Part shown: positions 28,101-39,658 of the stretch, piece after piece
Layout: every line of letters starts with the position of its first letter
Numbering within the stretch: the first letter of the stretch is position 1
DNA from: Podarcis melisellensis
Lineage: Eukaryota
Direction: 5' to 3' (one strand)
DNA: 64,000 nucleotides
Assembly (NCBI GenBank): GCA_964234715.1
Contig: OZ174279.1
The notes under the pieces: generated by a model
Seen by the model: the letters and a program-made list of their open reading frames with translations, nothing else
What the model was told of the DNA's origin: nothing
Databases searched by the model: none
Position numbers and translations under genes: made by a program

Positions 28101-28748
28101 CATATTTTACTCCGTGAACCACTTTCCATTTGTAATGTGCCACTTAGACTGTAAGCCGTTAATTTATATTGCAAATTGCCTTGAGTACAATGGGAGAAAG
28201 TTTGAAAAATAATGTTATTTATATTTATATACACACACAAACACACAATACAGTATGATCCATTCTTGTTTGACATTTTTGTTTTGTTCCTAGATTTCAT
28301 TCAAAATTATTTAAGTCTGAGATATGTGGGGTTTTTTAACGGGCGCAACAAGATTTAGACAACTTTTTCACTATATATAATGCTTATTTTGCAGGGACAG
28401 GAGAGAACTAAAAAAGTACAGGAATGGCTAGGATATAATTTTACTGGGGTATTGGTGTATTTAGCACGAAAACATTTTGAATTTCTTTTTCTGCCACCTT
28501 GGGGCAAAACACTAAAAAGCCCTTTAAGTTTGTGTAAAGTGTTGTAAAGTTTACTTGCCAATGCCATGTGGCTCAGACGGCTGCTAGAAACAAAGATTCA
28601 CATGTGAAGAGAAAAGTGATTATTGCTGCTCAGTTAACACTCAGGTTGCTTCCATGCTGAGGGACTTCAGCACTGCTGTGGCACTGCTTTTGTTTTTTTT
28701 TTTTTGCAAGTGGCCGAATGTGGAATTAAAACTGTGGTTCCCGACTGC

Positions 28749-28817
<69 letters not shown>

Positions 28818-31800
28818 GCAATGCCCATCTCCACAACCAAGGTCTTTCCAAAACCTTTACTCAAAGGAAGCAAGTTCTGCTTCCTATTCAGCAAGCAGCA
28901 CTATTACAGATGAATAGCCTCTTAATTCCACCTTAATAATTCACTCCCTCTCTTTTTTTACTGCGAAATAAATATATTATTGTGTTTATGCAGCTTGCTT
29001 AGGAATATATGAAGGCGACTGGATTAAACATTAACCTGTGTACACTTTAGCATGGGCCAAAATGTAGTCCAGTTCAAAGCAGTGAAATATGGGAGCTTCG
29101 CAATCTGGCAGCTGTGCTTATAGAAGCAATGATTGTAGAAATAATACCTCAATGCCAATAGTTGACACCAGATCCTACAGGTTTCACAGGTTTGGGTGGG
29201 AAGGAGGGGGCCTGACTCTCTGTCCCTATTTCTATAGGGGCGCTTGGAAAGGACAGATAAGAGCTTTTGAGATAAGTGTGTGAAAAGGTAGGTTCAATGA
29301 ATTGCCCCTTAGTCACATATTATAGAACCTGTTTTCATTAGTTTCATCTTTGGTCTTTAAATCTTGTTATTTTTATGGCAGGTGCAATATATATCTTATG
29401 GGGAAACTAATACTGCATCTGCAATAATGAAGAACATTCAATGCTAGTTCTACAGGAGAAAAGAAAGTGATAAGAGAGATTCACTTCACTTCCACTGCAG
29501 TAATATGATGCAAATCGGAATAATATTCACTTTAAAACCTATTTTAATTAACCTTTTCAAAGTAAGATTCTCCTCCCGGCTTTGGCATGATGGTTTGCCT
29601 TAATATGAGCTAAAACTATCTTGACCCTTAAAAAAAATAAATCAACATTTTGCATGGAAATGCAACAACAGCCATGATTGTTTTGATGTATAGCTGTGTG
29701 ACATATTATAAATATTACATCACATAACCACAGAGAATGTCACTCAACAAGACTTTTTCCCCCCAGACAGCATTAAATGAACCATGGATTCTTGCCTCTG
29801 AATAGCTCCTTTAAGGAACTACTTTTGCTTAAATGATTAATAGGAGGCATATTGTCAGAAAAATGTACTTAAAGTGAAAAACAGTAAACTGTAGCGATAT
29901 CATTCATTTTTAAGCAATTCTGTGGTGAAAATGTCTCATAAATTTACATGGCAACACCACTATTAGGCTCTTTGTACGCAGGACAGCCAGCGTGCCTTCC
30001 AGTTTGGGGTTAAGGCAATGGGAAAATATTTTATTCAAACTAGGCCACTTAGCAAAAGCCAAGATGGCACATTTATGTACAATTCAGAAGTTGGCACATT
30101 AGAAGTATCTAGACTAAAGACAGTTCGGAATCTATTTTCGAAAGAGACTGAAGCACTCAACTTGAAATAGCCACTACAGATCAGGTTGGGAGGCCTGTTC
30201 AGATTACTGCAGCACTGCTAAAAACCACAGCAAACCATCTCATGGACTCCATGTCATGTCTCTTCTGGATAAGCCTCCTTTCAGGTTTCTAACACTTTTT
30301 TATGCTGAAAGCAGTTCTAAGTTTATGAACTGCACAGTCAATGCTTGCTCACACATCATTTCAGAATGCTTGTCTGATAGGCTGGAAATAGGTGGGTAGG
30401 TTTAACTTGAGAGCAACATGGTTATGTGGAATGCTTCTGTAGAAAATGCCATGAAGTTTGCTTGAATTTTGCCATCCTATCTAAAATACGAGGCTCATCA
30501 CTCAGTGACTGCATCATGAAGCACTACCTTGCATCTTACATCTCCTGTTGCAAGAAATACATGTTAACACTGAATGCATGTCTGTCTTGGAAATGAAGTT
30601 CTGAGAGCCCCTGACGTCTGGGGCCACTTTCTGGGGTCCTGCAGTTATAGTGTTGTGTGTTTCCTTGACAATGACAGCCAATTATGTGGACACATAATTT
30701 CATGATCTGGTTAAGTTGCTGTAGATGTTACCAGATCAAAATTAAACAGCTGATTGCTGATGCTTTGGTGGCCCCCATGTGATCACCTATATAGAAATGT
30801 ATGGGCTTGCTGGTGGGCTTGTAACACAATAGGAATTACAAGAACTCACCAATTATAGGAACACACAATTCCATATCAGGAATTACTGCTGCAATTTGCT
30901 GGGTCCTGTATGAGGCCAAATATTCATATCACTGAATCTTTTTCAATAACATCTGTGCCAGAGAACTTTCCAGTGGATTGTTCAGCTGGTTCAGATCTGC
31001 CTAGGTCTCATTCTGCCATCAATAATAGCTCGTGTTTTCCTGGGTCTCAGTGTGGTGACCTGAGATTTCACAGGCTTAAGCTTCCTTACCAACGCCTCCA
31101 TGGAAAGGACTAAATTATGAGGGTGAGGTGAGAGAAATAACGGGTATGCAGGGTTTTTTATGCTTGGTTTCAGAGGTTTTGCCATTCCCCCCACCTAGGT
31201 CCTTCATACTCTATCCCTGTAGTCGCTCTATTGTGACACACCAGGTGGCATCTTCTGCTCCCACTAGGCACAAGGCTCTGTCCATATCCCACCAGGTTTT
31301 ACTCCATGGCTCCCATGCTCTGGGCTTCAGGAGGCCTGGTGACCCAAAATCGCTCCCACAAACTTCAACTGGTCACCTCACCTTGCCTCATAAAAGGGCC
31401 TCTGTAGTGAATAAATCAAGGGTCAGCAAACTGTTTCAGCAGTGGGCCAGTCCACTGGACCTCAGACCTTCTGGGGGGCCAGACTATATTTTTTTGGGGG
31501 GGGAATGAACAAATACCTATGCCCCACAAATAACCCAGAGGTGCATTTTAAATAAAAGGACACATTCTACTCATGTAAAAACACGCTGATTCCTGGACCG
31601 TCCGTGGGCTGGATTTGGAAGGCGATTGGGCCGGATCCGGCCTCCGGGCCTTAGCTTGCCTACCCATGGAATAGAGGCAGGGACAGGATGATTCTGTAAC
31701 CTTTTCACACATTGCCCTTAGATTACATTAGATCCTATACACAGCTCTTAGATTTTACTTCAACAGCCATTTAAAGTTGGTTGAAGGTTGTAATCAACTA

Positions 31801-32354
31801 ACTTTTACTCAGAGTAGACCAAACAAAGGACAGAAGGCCCATAACTTACATGGGAGTAACATTCCATGGATTGCACCTAAAGCCAAAATTGTGTATAAAC
31901 AAAGCTCACTGGGTTCAATGATGGGTGGGATTACCGCTGTCATTTTTCCTGAAAGTCCACCCTCTTTTTATTTTTTATTTTGCCACGCATGTACTGTAAA
32001 CCTGAATGTGCACAAGTTGTAGGCTTACTGTAGATGACTGTGACAACCTTGATCCATTAATTTCAGTGGGTCTACTACTTGGAGCAGAGGTTAGCTGCAT
32101 GCAATACTAAATATTTTACATTTGAAAGTAATGCATGTATAATCCTAGATACTAACCTGTACCTCTGATAGTCTCCCTCATCCTTGTCTTTGCAGACCAG
32201 TTCATTTGGACATGCTGTATTTCCAAGCAAACTTAGGTACTCCAAGGAAGGCACTACTTCAACCAGATGATCCAGCAGGCTTTCCAGTTCTGTTATGTAC
32301 TCAAGATTATGGGTTAAGGATTCAGTAACAAAAGGAAGACTGTTAAATAACTCC

Positions 32355-32386
<32 letters not shown>

Positions 32387-33011
32387 GACCCATATTATAT
32401 GCATAAAAATGTAACATTAATTGTTGCTAGCGGAAAGGGGACTACATCCAAGTCATTTTTTGGCATAAAATGAAAGGTCTTGGGTCCCCCTCCTTCATTA
32501 TTTTTCCCTCCTCTTTTCTTCTTTTCTAGATGACTCTCTGCAACACATTAAAAACTTTGACAAAATGATGGATGTCGGATGGGGAAATGGTTAGTGATTG
32601 CTAAAGCCATGAAACTTTTCCAACATGGCAACAAGCAGCAGTTACTTTCACAGTACATTCATCACTAAATGTATTACAGTCCCTAGGAAAAATGAGATTT
32701 AAAATGGAGTTAAATGACAGCAGCCCAAATGCACCAGAAAGAATAAAAGTGCTTTTGGTGGCACTGCGGCATTAATTGGTACATAGGCATAAATGCTTGA
32801 TCAAATGTTACCAGGAACACGTTGGTATTCCTGCTCCAGTTTATAACACACACAACTTCAGAGTGGAAGGAAACAGTGGAACCTGCCATTAAAGTGGTAG
32901 AGTGACCACATGAAATCTTACATTGAAGTTGATTTAATGCATCCACTACAAACATACACACGACTCCCAAAACAGGCTATAAAGGATTTGTAGTCCAGTT
33001 CTAGGTTGCGA

Positions 33012-33075
<64 letters not shown>

Positions 33076-36000
33076 AGTACCACAAGTATTTCTGCAACCA
33101 GAGCTGGACTTTTCCAAAGTTTGGGATTTTGTGTCAAAATGTACATATCTGACAAGAGTGTCTAGTGCACAGTTTCCAAAGGCTTGAGAACTTTCCTAAA
33201 TCTGGCACTGTGTTATGTGCGCTAACTTAAAGACTTCAAAGCCCCCCCCCAAACCCTTTAAGAAGAAACATCAACCCCCGTTCTTTGGCACTCCTTGTTC
33301 AGTTCCTTAAGAGCCCTGCTTTGCATCTAGAATTTGGAAGGCAAGTGGAAACAGGGAAATCTTGGTTCCCACAGATTCAACATAAAAATCAAAGATGGGG
33401 CATGGAAGAAAGGTATGGGGGAAAGGATGCCAAACTGGTTGTGCAGGCTCAAAGCCGTTCCTACCCAAACATTGCCACACTGGTGGTGCACATGACATGA
33501 ATAGCACTAGTAACATGTCAGGTTAAAAAAACAACTGGCATGAAAGTAGCCTGAGAAATCCCAGAAGAAGGCTCACAAATGGGGATCAGCATCATGAGGA
33601 GGCAAGGTGTGCTAATACCTCATGCCAATTGGCAAAGATTGAAGGGCACATTCAAGCCGGTCTGCTTCTTACTCTTTGTTTCTCTGCCCTTTGTTCTAAT
33701 TGATTTAGTGCTGCAAATTCTCATTTTCTCTGTTTTCTCTTTTAAACAGATTCTTGTCAGTTTATGGCGATCCTGCATTAGCTGTATTTTACTACTTTAT
33801 TATAATTTTGCTTGTTTTAATGCCTGTAAGCTGCCCAAAGAACTTCAGCTAAAGGGCAGCCTATAAATTGCATGTATCAATAAATAAACAATGGAACAAA
33901 TTACTGGTTTAAACGAACAATTCACTCTTTTACTCTCCCATGCCTGGAGTTGTGTGCAACAATTATTATGTGGCTATCTTAAATGCTCGGTTCTTTTATG
34001 TTGCTTGTCCCCAGCATTGATTTATGTTTTCCTGTTATCTTTGTTATCTCTTGCAGATGGAATGTACCCCATTTCTTCACCTCAATAACTGAAGGGCAAG
34101 GGTATCACCACAGGATAGAAACAGAACTTTTGCCCTTTAAGACCTTCCCTTCACTACATGCACTCCAATTTGCATCTTATTTGCAGCAGCCAACAAGCAA
34201 ATGGGAGACTTATCATATACAGCATAATGCTTGTGGTAGGATTCCACCCCCACCCTCATTTTTCAGATACTGGGCAAAACAACACATGGAGCAGGATGAA
34301 TGAAGCATATGAACAGCTCAGTTTTTCCATTTTAATTCAGCCACAGTGCTCCAGATTTAGTCAGAACAGCATTAGACTTAATCCTTCCCCCCATGGCCCA
34401 TTGTTTTGTCAACAATTGCCCTTCCCAGGATAGTTGTTCAGTCCACTAAGAGGGGAAAAGATGCTGGCCCACATCTTTTCAACCACAGGGAGAAAAGCAG
34501 AGTGGGGAGGATGATCTTTAGTGGGCAAACAGTCCATGGAGAAAGGGTTAAGTCATCCCTTCCCTCTGCTGCTTCTCAATTCATACCCACTAATACAAGA
34601 GCTTAGAGGGTGTGAAGACAGACTATGGGGAGAAAGAGGGAGCCCGTTGCAAGAGTGGTGGTGATGTTGAAGACATTAAAACCAAACAACAACAAAAACT
34701 TTAAAGCACAGCTATACAGATAAAACATTGGTCCCGCCAAAATAAGAGAGGCCACAATGCCACCATTCAAATTAAAAAAGGTAAAGGTAAAGGACTACTG
34801 ACAGTTAAGTCCAGTCGCGAACGACTCTGGGGTTGCGGTGCTCATCTCGCTTTACTGGCTGAGGGAGCCGGCGTTTGTCCACAGATGGTTTTTCCGGGTC
34901 ATGTGGCCAGCATGGGCTAAGCCGCTTCTGGCAAAACCAGAGCAGCGCACAGAAACACCGTTTACCTTCCCGCTAGAGTGGTACCTATTTATCTACTTGG
35001 ACTCTGACATGCTTCCAACTGCTAGGTTGGCAGGAGCTGGGACTGAACAATAGGAGCTCACCCCTTCATGGGGATTCGAACCGCCAACCTTCTGATCGGC
35101 AAGCCCAAGAGGCTCCCCCCTCCAGGGGGGGATAGCATTCCACAAGGCCGATTCTTATGTTGATACCCTCCAAAACTCCTGTATGAAATAGGACCTCAGA
35201 TAATGGTCACATGGTCCAGGTCAGTGCATGTAGGTAGAGGCAGTCCTTGAGGTCCTGAGCCACATAAACCTTTATAGGTCATAACCAGCCCTTTGAATTG
35301 AGGCCAAAAACTAAGTACTTTGCCCACAATTAACCACCTTTAACCACCACACCACAGTTCATTTCTTATGGGGCACTCACCATGCTGGAAATAGGGCGTG
35401 CCAAGTCTTTTAGCTGCTGTTTCTGGTCTACTTATCTCTGAATTATGATGCATCATCCCAGGATCACTTGCGCCACCACAGAGGATTGTGGGGAACATTC
35501 CTCTAAACACTTGCTGCCAGCTGCATAGCAAGCAATGTGGAAACCTCAAGTGCCATTTTGCGTATGGCATAGAAAGATGGAGCTCAAAATATGGGGCCCT
35601 GCTTGGGTACACATTTTCTCTATCCTGGACCCCGTGTGTGTACTGTAGTGGCATAAAATGTGAGATTGTGACCCCCTAGTTCAAATATTGCCATAGCCAT
35701 TAATTTGCTATCCCTCATTTCATCATCTTTAATACTAGAATAGCAGTATCTTGCGGGGTGTTCCACATATATGTGAGTGTTTTGAACACTCTGCAGCTCT
35801 AAATAATTACTTTGTGTTCTACTTACTATTATGAGTATGTTGACAGATCAGCACCACCAGAGCAGCTTCACCAACCTGCCACTCTCCACATGCTTTGCCC
35901 AGCAACTCCCATCAGTCCCAGCCAACACAGAGGCTGATGGGAGATGTAGTCCAAAACATCTGGCAAGTAACAGGTTTGTGAAGGCTACATGAGAGTGTAT

Positions 36001-37221
36001 GTGTAAAATACTTGATTAATTTACCGGAGCTTAACTGTCATTAAGACCTTCGACTTGCCTAAGGATCGTCATTCTCTGCTTAAAAATTTGCCAATCAATC
36101 CTTACTAGCGACAGGCCACTCAAAGGCTTCCAAGCCCATTCTTTTAAAGCCTATAAAATGTCCAGGCTTCCTGGGTATGGTGGCTGATTACTTGGGCAAA
36201 GTATTAGACTTGGCTGAGAAGAGAGCTGCTAACACGCATCTTTGCCCCCACCCTCTTTGCATCCCAGAGTTGGACAAAACACAGAGAAAGATCTTTTGAA
36301 AACAATGAAAATTAAGCTAAAACTGAACTGATATTTTCAGCTCAGTCTCAGCATGCAACATTGCATGGCTTCGCTGCTGCCTGTCCTGCAGTGCAGACTA
36401 CCAGCATTTCCAATAATACCGAGCAACAATGCTGTTTGTGCGATAAGCGAACAGCTGCCACTCTCAGGGTGGCTCAATATTTTAAAAGAGCCCAGCACAG
36501 GAAGTAACAACCACACTGCTACACTCTGGCGATCAGTGTTATTCATAAAACAGCAAAGGGTGGGAAACTATTCTTGACCCTTTCTAGCCTAATGGCTAAC
36601 ATGGCCCTATCGGCTCCCGTCAAGTGATTGCTTCTGCCAAATTAAACAAGATGTATATTTTCTTTAAGAAGCATTCTATGTGCATGTGGGAAAAAAAGCC
36701 AACCTAATGTTTTAATCTTGTTTCACTGCACACACTATTCCACTAGAGGTCAGCCTGCCACAGAACCCAAGCAGGCTGGGTTCTGTTAAGAAGCGCAAAG
36801 CTGGCTGCTATTTCCACCTCTCAATCTATTGACAAAGATTCCTTCAGAGCCATAAACTTAGGGCTCGCACTAAAAAACGGAGCAACAGGAAGATATAGCG
36901 AGGCATTTCGTTTATGAATGACCTGTAATAAATTACTTTGAAGTATCCTGAGTGACAAGAGAAAGGGAGAGGATGCTTTGTCTGCAAACGAGCGACATTT
37001 TACATACTTTAATTTGGCTGACACATAAGGATTATTCGACATTTGGCAGGGCCTTTCTCCTCTCCCCTCCCCACCCTCTCTTTTGGAAGGATATTTGGTT
37101 CTTGTTCAGCATCAGGGTATGGAGGTGTGGTAACCTGGGTAACCGGAGGTCATTCCGGAGGAGATTGTTGTCCAAGATCAGCTCTTCCAAGCCGCTAAAT
37201 GTCTCCAGTCCTTCCAGTGAC
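14914..37221 (-). CDS. LRMDA: LRMDA (leucine-rich melanocyte differentiation-associated, C10orf11), partial: three internal coding exons joined 37221-37095, 32296-32157, 15040-14914
   Basis: Spliced translation is open throughout: (R)[42 protein letters not shown]|[46 protein letters not shown](R)|[42 protein letters not shown]. It has LxxLxLxxN LRRs plus an LRRcap-like YRxFVLxxLxxLxxLD motif and closely resembles vertebrate LRMDA as I recall it. Exon phases are compatible (2-0, 0-2, 2-0). Confidence 0.95.
15098..15544. mobile_element. Probable old non-autonomous hAT element just upstream of the exon acceptor
   Basis: Bounded by 8-bp direct repeat CCTATGAC (15090-15097, 15545-15552); begins TAGGAATGG; TIRs degenerate. 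Confidence 0.45.
16958..17772 (-). mobile_element. Probable solo LTR (Gypsy/ERV-like)
   Basis: TGTGA...TCACA termini; on the minus strand CCAAT box (ATTGG), A-rich TATA-like element and AATAAA about 60 nt before the 3' end; no clear TSD. Confidence 0.5.
19788..19924. mobile_element. Palindromic hAT-type MITE (family of 47614)
   Basis: CAGCATTTCTCAACCTTG / CAAGGTTGAGAAAGGCTG; TSD CTATAGAA/CTGTAGAC; GGACTACAACTCCCATCA core. Confidence 0.8.
20615..20820 (+). mobile_element. Squam3-like tRNA-derived SINE
   Basis: CTCCAGGTAGGGCTG...AAACCCTGGAGAGCCACTGTCAGTC...GACAATACTGAGCTAGATGGA. Confidence 0.7.
22075..22132. repeat. (TCTG)n(TCTA)n microsatellite
   Basis: Direct reading. Confidence 0.95.
22220..22371. 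mobile_element. hAT-type MITE
   Basis: TIR CAGTGGCGTAGTGTGGG / CCCACACTATGCCACTG; perfect 8-bp TSD GCTACTTC. Confidence 0.88.
22693..22778. repeat. (TTCC)n(TTTC)n polypyrimidine microsatellite
   Basis: Direct reading. Confidence 0.95.
23020..23985 (+). mobile_element. Old degraded L2-like LINE fragment interrupted by the Sauria SINE at 23408
   Basis: Recognisable peptides [24 protein letters not shown] before the SINE and VLRS, EVLLVVP after it; many frameshifts; boundaries approximate. Confidence 0.6.
23408..23759 (+). mobile_element. Sauria SINE, full length
   Basis: GGGACGCGGGTGGC tRNA-like head, B-box GGTTCGAATCC, (ACCTTT) tail; TSD TATACTTGAAG at 23396-23406 and 23762-23772. Confidence 0.92.
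24700..25045 (-). mobile_element. L2-like LINE 3' fragment, degraded
   Basis: [19 protein letters not shown] peptide in ORF 24880-25125; tail-like sequence near 24700; boundaries approximate. Confidence 0.65.
25829..26215 (-). mobile_element. BovB 3' fragment with an internal deletion
   Basis: Encodes [23 protein letters not shown] and [20 protein letters not shown]-like peptides; (CAA)n tail; lacks about 208 bp present in the 52.5-kb copy. Confidence 0.9.
26490..26830 (+). mobile_element. Sauria SINE, near full length
   Basis: Same family as 23408; TSD TACCCTTA(G/A)CAA(T/C)AG on both sides. Confidence 0.9.
28749..28815. repeat. (ATCT)n microsatellite
   Basis: Direct reading. Confidence 0.96.
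31417..31668 (+). mobile_element. hAT-type MITE (same family as 47831)
   Basis: CAAGGGTCAGCAAAC ... TTGCCTACCCATG; 8-bp TSD GAATAAAT/GAATAGAG; body near-identical to the 47831 copy. Confidence 0.82.
32157..32296 (-). CDS. LRMDA: LRMDA internal exon (probably exon 4), 140 nt
   Basis: Preceded by TCCTTAAC branch point and AC acceptor (GAGTAC|ATA ACA); encodes ITELESLL...DYQRY plus AG; donor AG|GTTAGT. Confidence 0.95.
32359..32386. repeat. (AC)n microsatellite about 40 nt upstream of the U12 branch point
   Basis: Direct reading. Confidence 0.95.
33010..33076. repeat. (GAAA)n microsatellite
   Basis: Direct reading. Confidence 0.96.
34777..35115 (-). mobile_element. Sauria SINE, 5'-truncated, inside the U12 intron
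   Basis: AAAGGTAAAGGT tail on plus strand followed by reverse-complement SINE body up to and past the B-box. Confidence 0.88.
35120..35312 (-). mobile_element. Short degraded L2-like fragment
   Basis: Resembles the 9.8-10.0 kb copy (GCATTCCACA, GACCTCAG, GGTCATAACCAGCCCTTTGAATTG). Confidence 0.45.
37095..37221 (-). CDS. LRMDA: LRMDA internal exon (probably exon 3 by analogy to human), 127 nt
   Basis: Acceptor ...TGCAG|G TCA CTG; encodes [42 protein letters not shown]; ends at U12 donor CAA|ATATCCTTCC. Confidence 0.95.
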
Positions 37222-38726
37222 CTGCAACGACAAAGGCAACAGGAAAAATGATACTCCAGTAAATCAGGGAGGCCATTATGAGCTGAAATAAATATTTTAA
37301 CCTTCCCTTTCAAGGAGCGGGAAGAGTTTTGCTTTAGTCCTGTCAGGAGACTGAATGACAAGAATTAGTGGCAAGGGGAGTGCCGGTACAGCAACACATC
37401 CTTCTTCGCAGGCTGGCAGAATGAAGGATGGGGGTCACTTAGTGAGTAGCCAGGATCCAAAACAAAAGGCTTCAGATATGAGGCCTGCAGGATGAATTTG
37501 TCAATGTCTTGTGCCTTCAGGCACCCAGCCTCGCCTGACCCTAACCTCCATTCCCAAGATAAATAACTCTGTCACAGTTCACCTTCATTCCCTGGACACA
37601 AATTTAAGTTGTCATCCATCATTTCTGCCATGAAATATCATACCCCACTAACAATAATAAATACAACTTCAAGAATTGTTCTCAGCAGCTACCCTATATA
37701 TAAAACTGCAGGAGGGGGGGGATATGATGGGAAGTTTTTCCTTTTCCTTTCGTGATTTTTATTTTATTAACCACAGAATTTTCTCTGTCTGGAGTTTTTC
37801 GTTGTGGTGGTTGTTTTTTCAAGCACAAAAGATACAATGCTAGAGTGCCCTGTATCACCCAGAGACAGCAAAAATTATTATTTTTTACAATGATGCCCCC
37901 CCCCCCCCGGCAATGCCTGCCCACAAAACACACAGACACGCACAAAACACCGAGATTTAAAAGTAACAAGCAAAATCTTTTCAGCATGGAAGCACAGCTC
38001 TTCGGGTTGTAAACACATAGACATTTGTAGAAATTTGGCAGCCAATTAGGAAAGCTAGGAGGAAGGAATTTAAAAGTCTGGCTTTGTCACTTTGCTGGGC
38101 CACTGTTTCAGTTTTAACTCTTAATTTCGTAGCTTTGCAAGTTCTTGCAGAAATGGGTGGGGGAATCTTCACATTAATCACCTAAGATGGGCATGGTATA
38201 TGGAGCATACACAAAGACACACACATTCACAGCTCATTCACCTACCAGACACCTAGAGATATGCTGAGGTTGCATGACTTGACAGCTGAGCTAGTATGCC
38301 TACCAGTGGTGAGGATCATCACTTTATCTCCTCACTATTTTATAAAATGTGATGAATAAGGGAGATGCAAGTCTACACTATTTATTCACTGTCCAATGAC
38401 ATTTATACTAAAGGGAATTATTCCCTCCCTCTTTAACACCCTTCTTCAAGGTCTGCATGAGATATGCTCTATTGCAGGCATATAACAGGCATGCTGTGGG
38501 GGGAAATAACAAATATTTATCCACCCAATTCAAAAATTTAAACCTGGCAGGGGTAGGTTAGATGAAATTGTCTTAGCTGAAACTTATAGCCCCGTAATAA
38601 AAGAATGGAATGAAAAGTCCTTTGTAGGAAAGAAAACATGTGACCTTCATGCTACGGTTCAAGGACATCACAGTGTTAACTATAAATAACCAGAGAAACT
38701 CCATGCTTCTCAGCAGTCCTCTACTC

Positions 38727-38852
38727 TAAGGTTACCAGATTTTTTTTTTCAATGAATCCGGGGACAGTTTTCAACTTCAATAGATTTTGTATGGGGACTG
38801 ATTTGTAAATTTGGGGACTGTCACCAGGAAACGGGGACATCTGGTAACCTTA
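38727..38852. mobile_element. hAT(Tip100)-like MITE
   Basis: Perfect 14-bp TIR TAAGGTTACCAGAT / ATCTGGTAACCTTA; repeated GGGGAC subterminal motifs; TSD poorly preserved. Confidence 0.7.
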
Positions 38853-39432
38853 CTCTGGGGGTTCAAAACTGATGTGAATTACAAAGGGTGCTTTCAGATG
38901 GGAGTTTATTGTGGAATAATAACTACTACTCATGCACACATTTTTATTTTATTTTTTGCACCACTCACATTATATCGTCACCATCCTTCAGCCCCATATA
39001 ACCCAGATTTCCCTTTAGCATAGAAAAATCTAATAATAAAGAACAGCCTGTTATATATCTGCAGTAACTGCTGGTACGGAAGCTCACTACTGCATTTGGG
39101 GTGTTTGTCACATGTGTGGTAACATTACACGGACTGTTCCCTTTTGCCACAGACCCCCATCTCCATTTGCTCCTCACCTGAGCACAGCCTGGCCATTGTT
39201 TCAGGCGGCCCGAACAATGCAAGTGCACCTGTTTCCAATGATTGATGCATGCAGTAGGCACATTCCGAATACATTTATCAGCCTTTTATTTATTTTTTAA
39301 TACTGAGCTCATCTGCTGAGTGAGAAAGGAGCTGGCGTGACCCTCATAGAGCCCATACATAGAGCTCGAAAAACTGAAAAATGTTGCAAGTGGGCGCAAC
39401 GTGCTTGGACGAAAAGGGAGTTGAGTGCTATA

Positions 39433-39658
39433 CAGTGGTACCTCGGGTTAAGAACTTAATTCGTTCTGGAGGTCTGTTCTTAACCTGAAACTGTTCTTAA
39501 CCTGAAGCACCACTTTAGCTAATGGGGCCTCCTGCTGCCGCTGCGCCGCCACTGCACGATTTCTGTTCTTATCCTGAAGCAAAGTTCTTAACCTGAGGTA
39601 ATATTTCTGGGTTAGCAGAGTCTGTAACCTGAAGCATATGTAACCTGAGGTACCATTG
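39433..39658 (-). mobile_element. Tc1/mariner(pogo)-type MITE
   Basis: TIR CAGTGGTACCTC / GAGGTACCATTG; TA on both sides. Confidence 0.88.

Larger units (their letters stand above)
32297..37094 (-). other. U12-type (minor spliceosome) AT-AC intron of LRMDA, 4798 nt, phase 0
   Basis: 5' splice site ATATCCTTCC at 37094-37085; branch point TCCTTAAC at 32320-32313; terminal AC at 32298-32297; flanking exons join in frame (NKNQ|ITEL). Confidence 0.93.

Noticed and set aside
37032-37361. ORF-track 109-aa and 93-aa (32075-32356) ORFs as standalone genes
   Set aside because: They are LRMDA exons read through into intron; only the spliced parts show LRR sequence.
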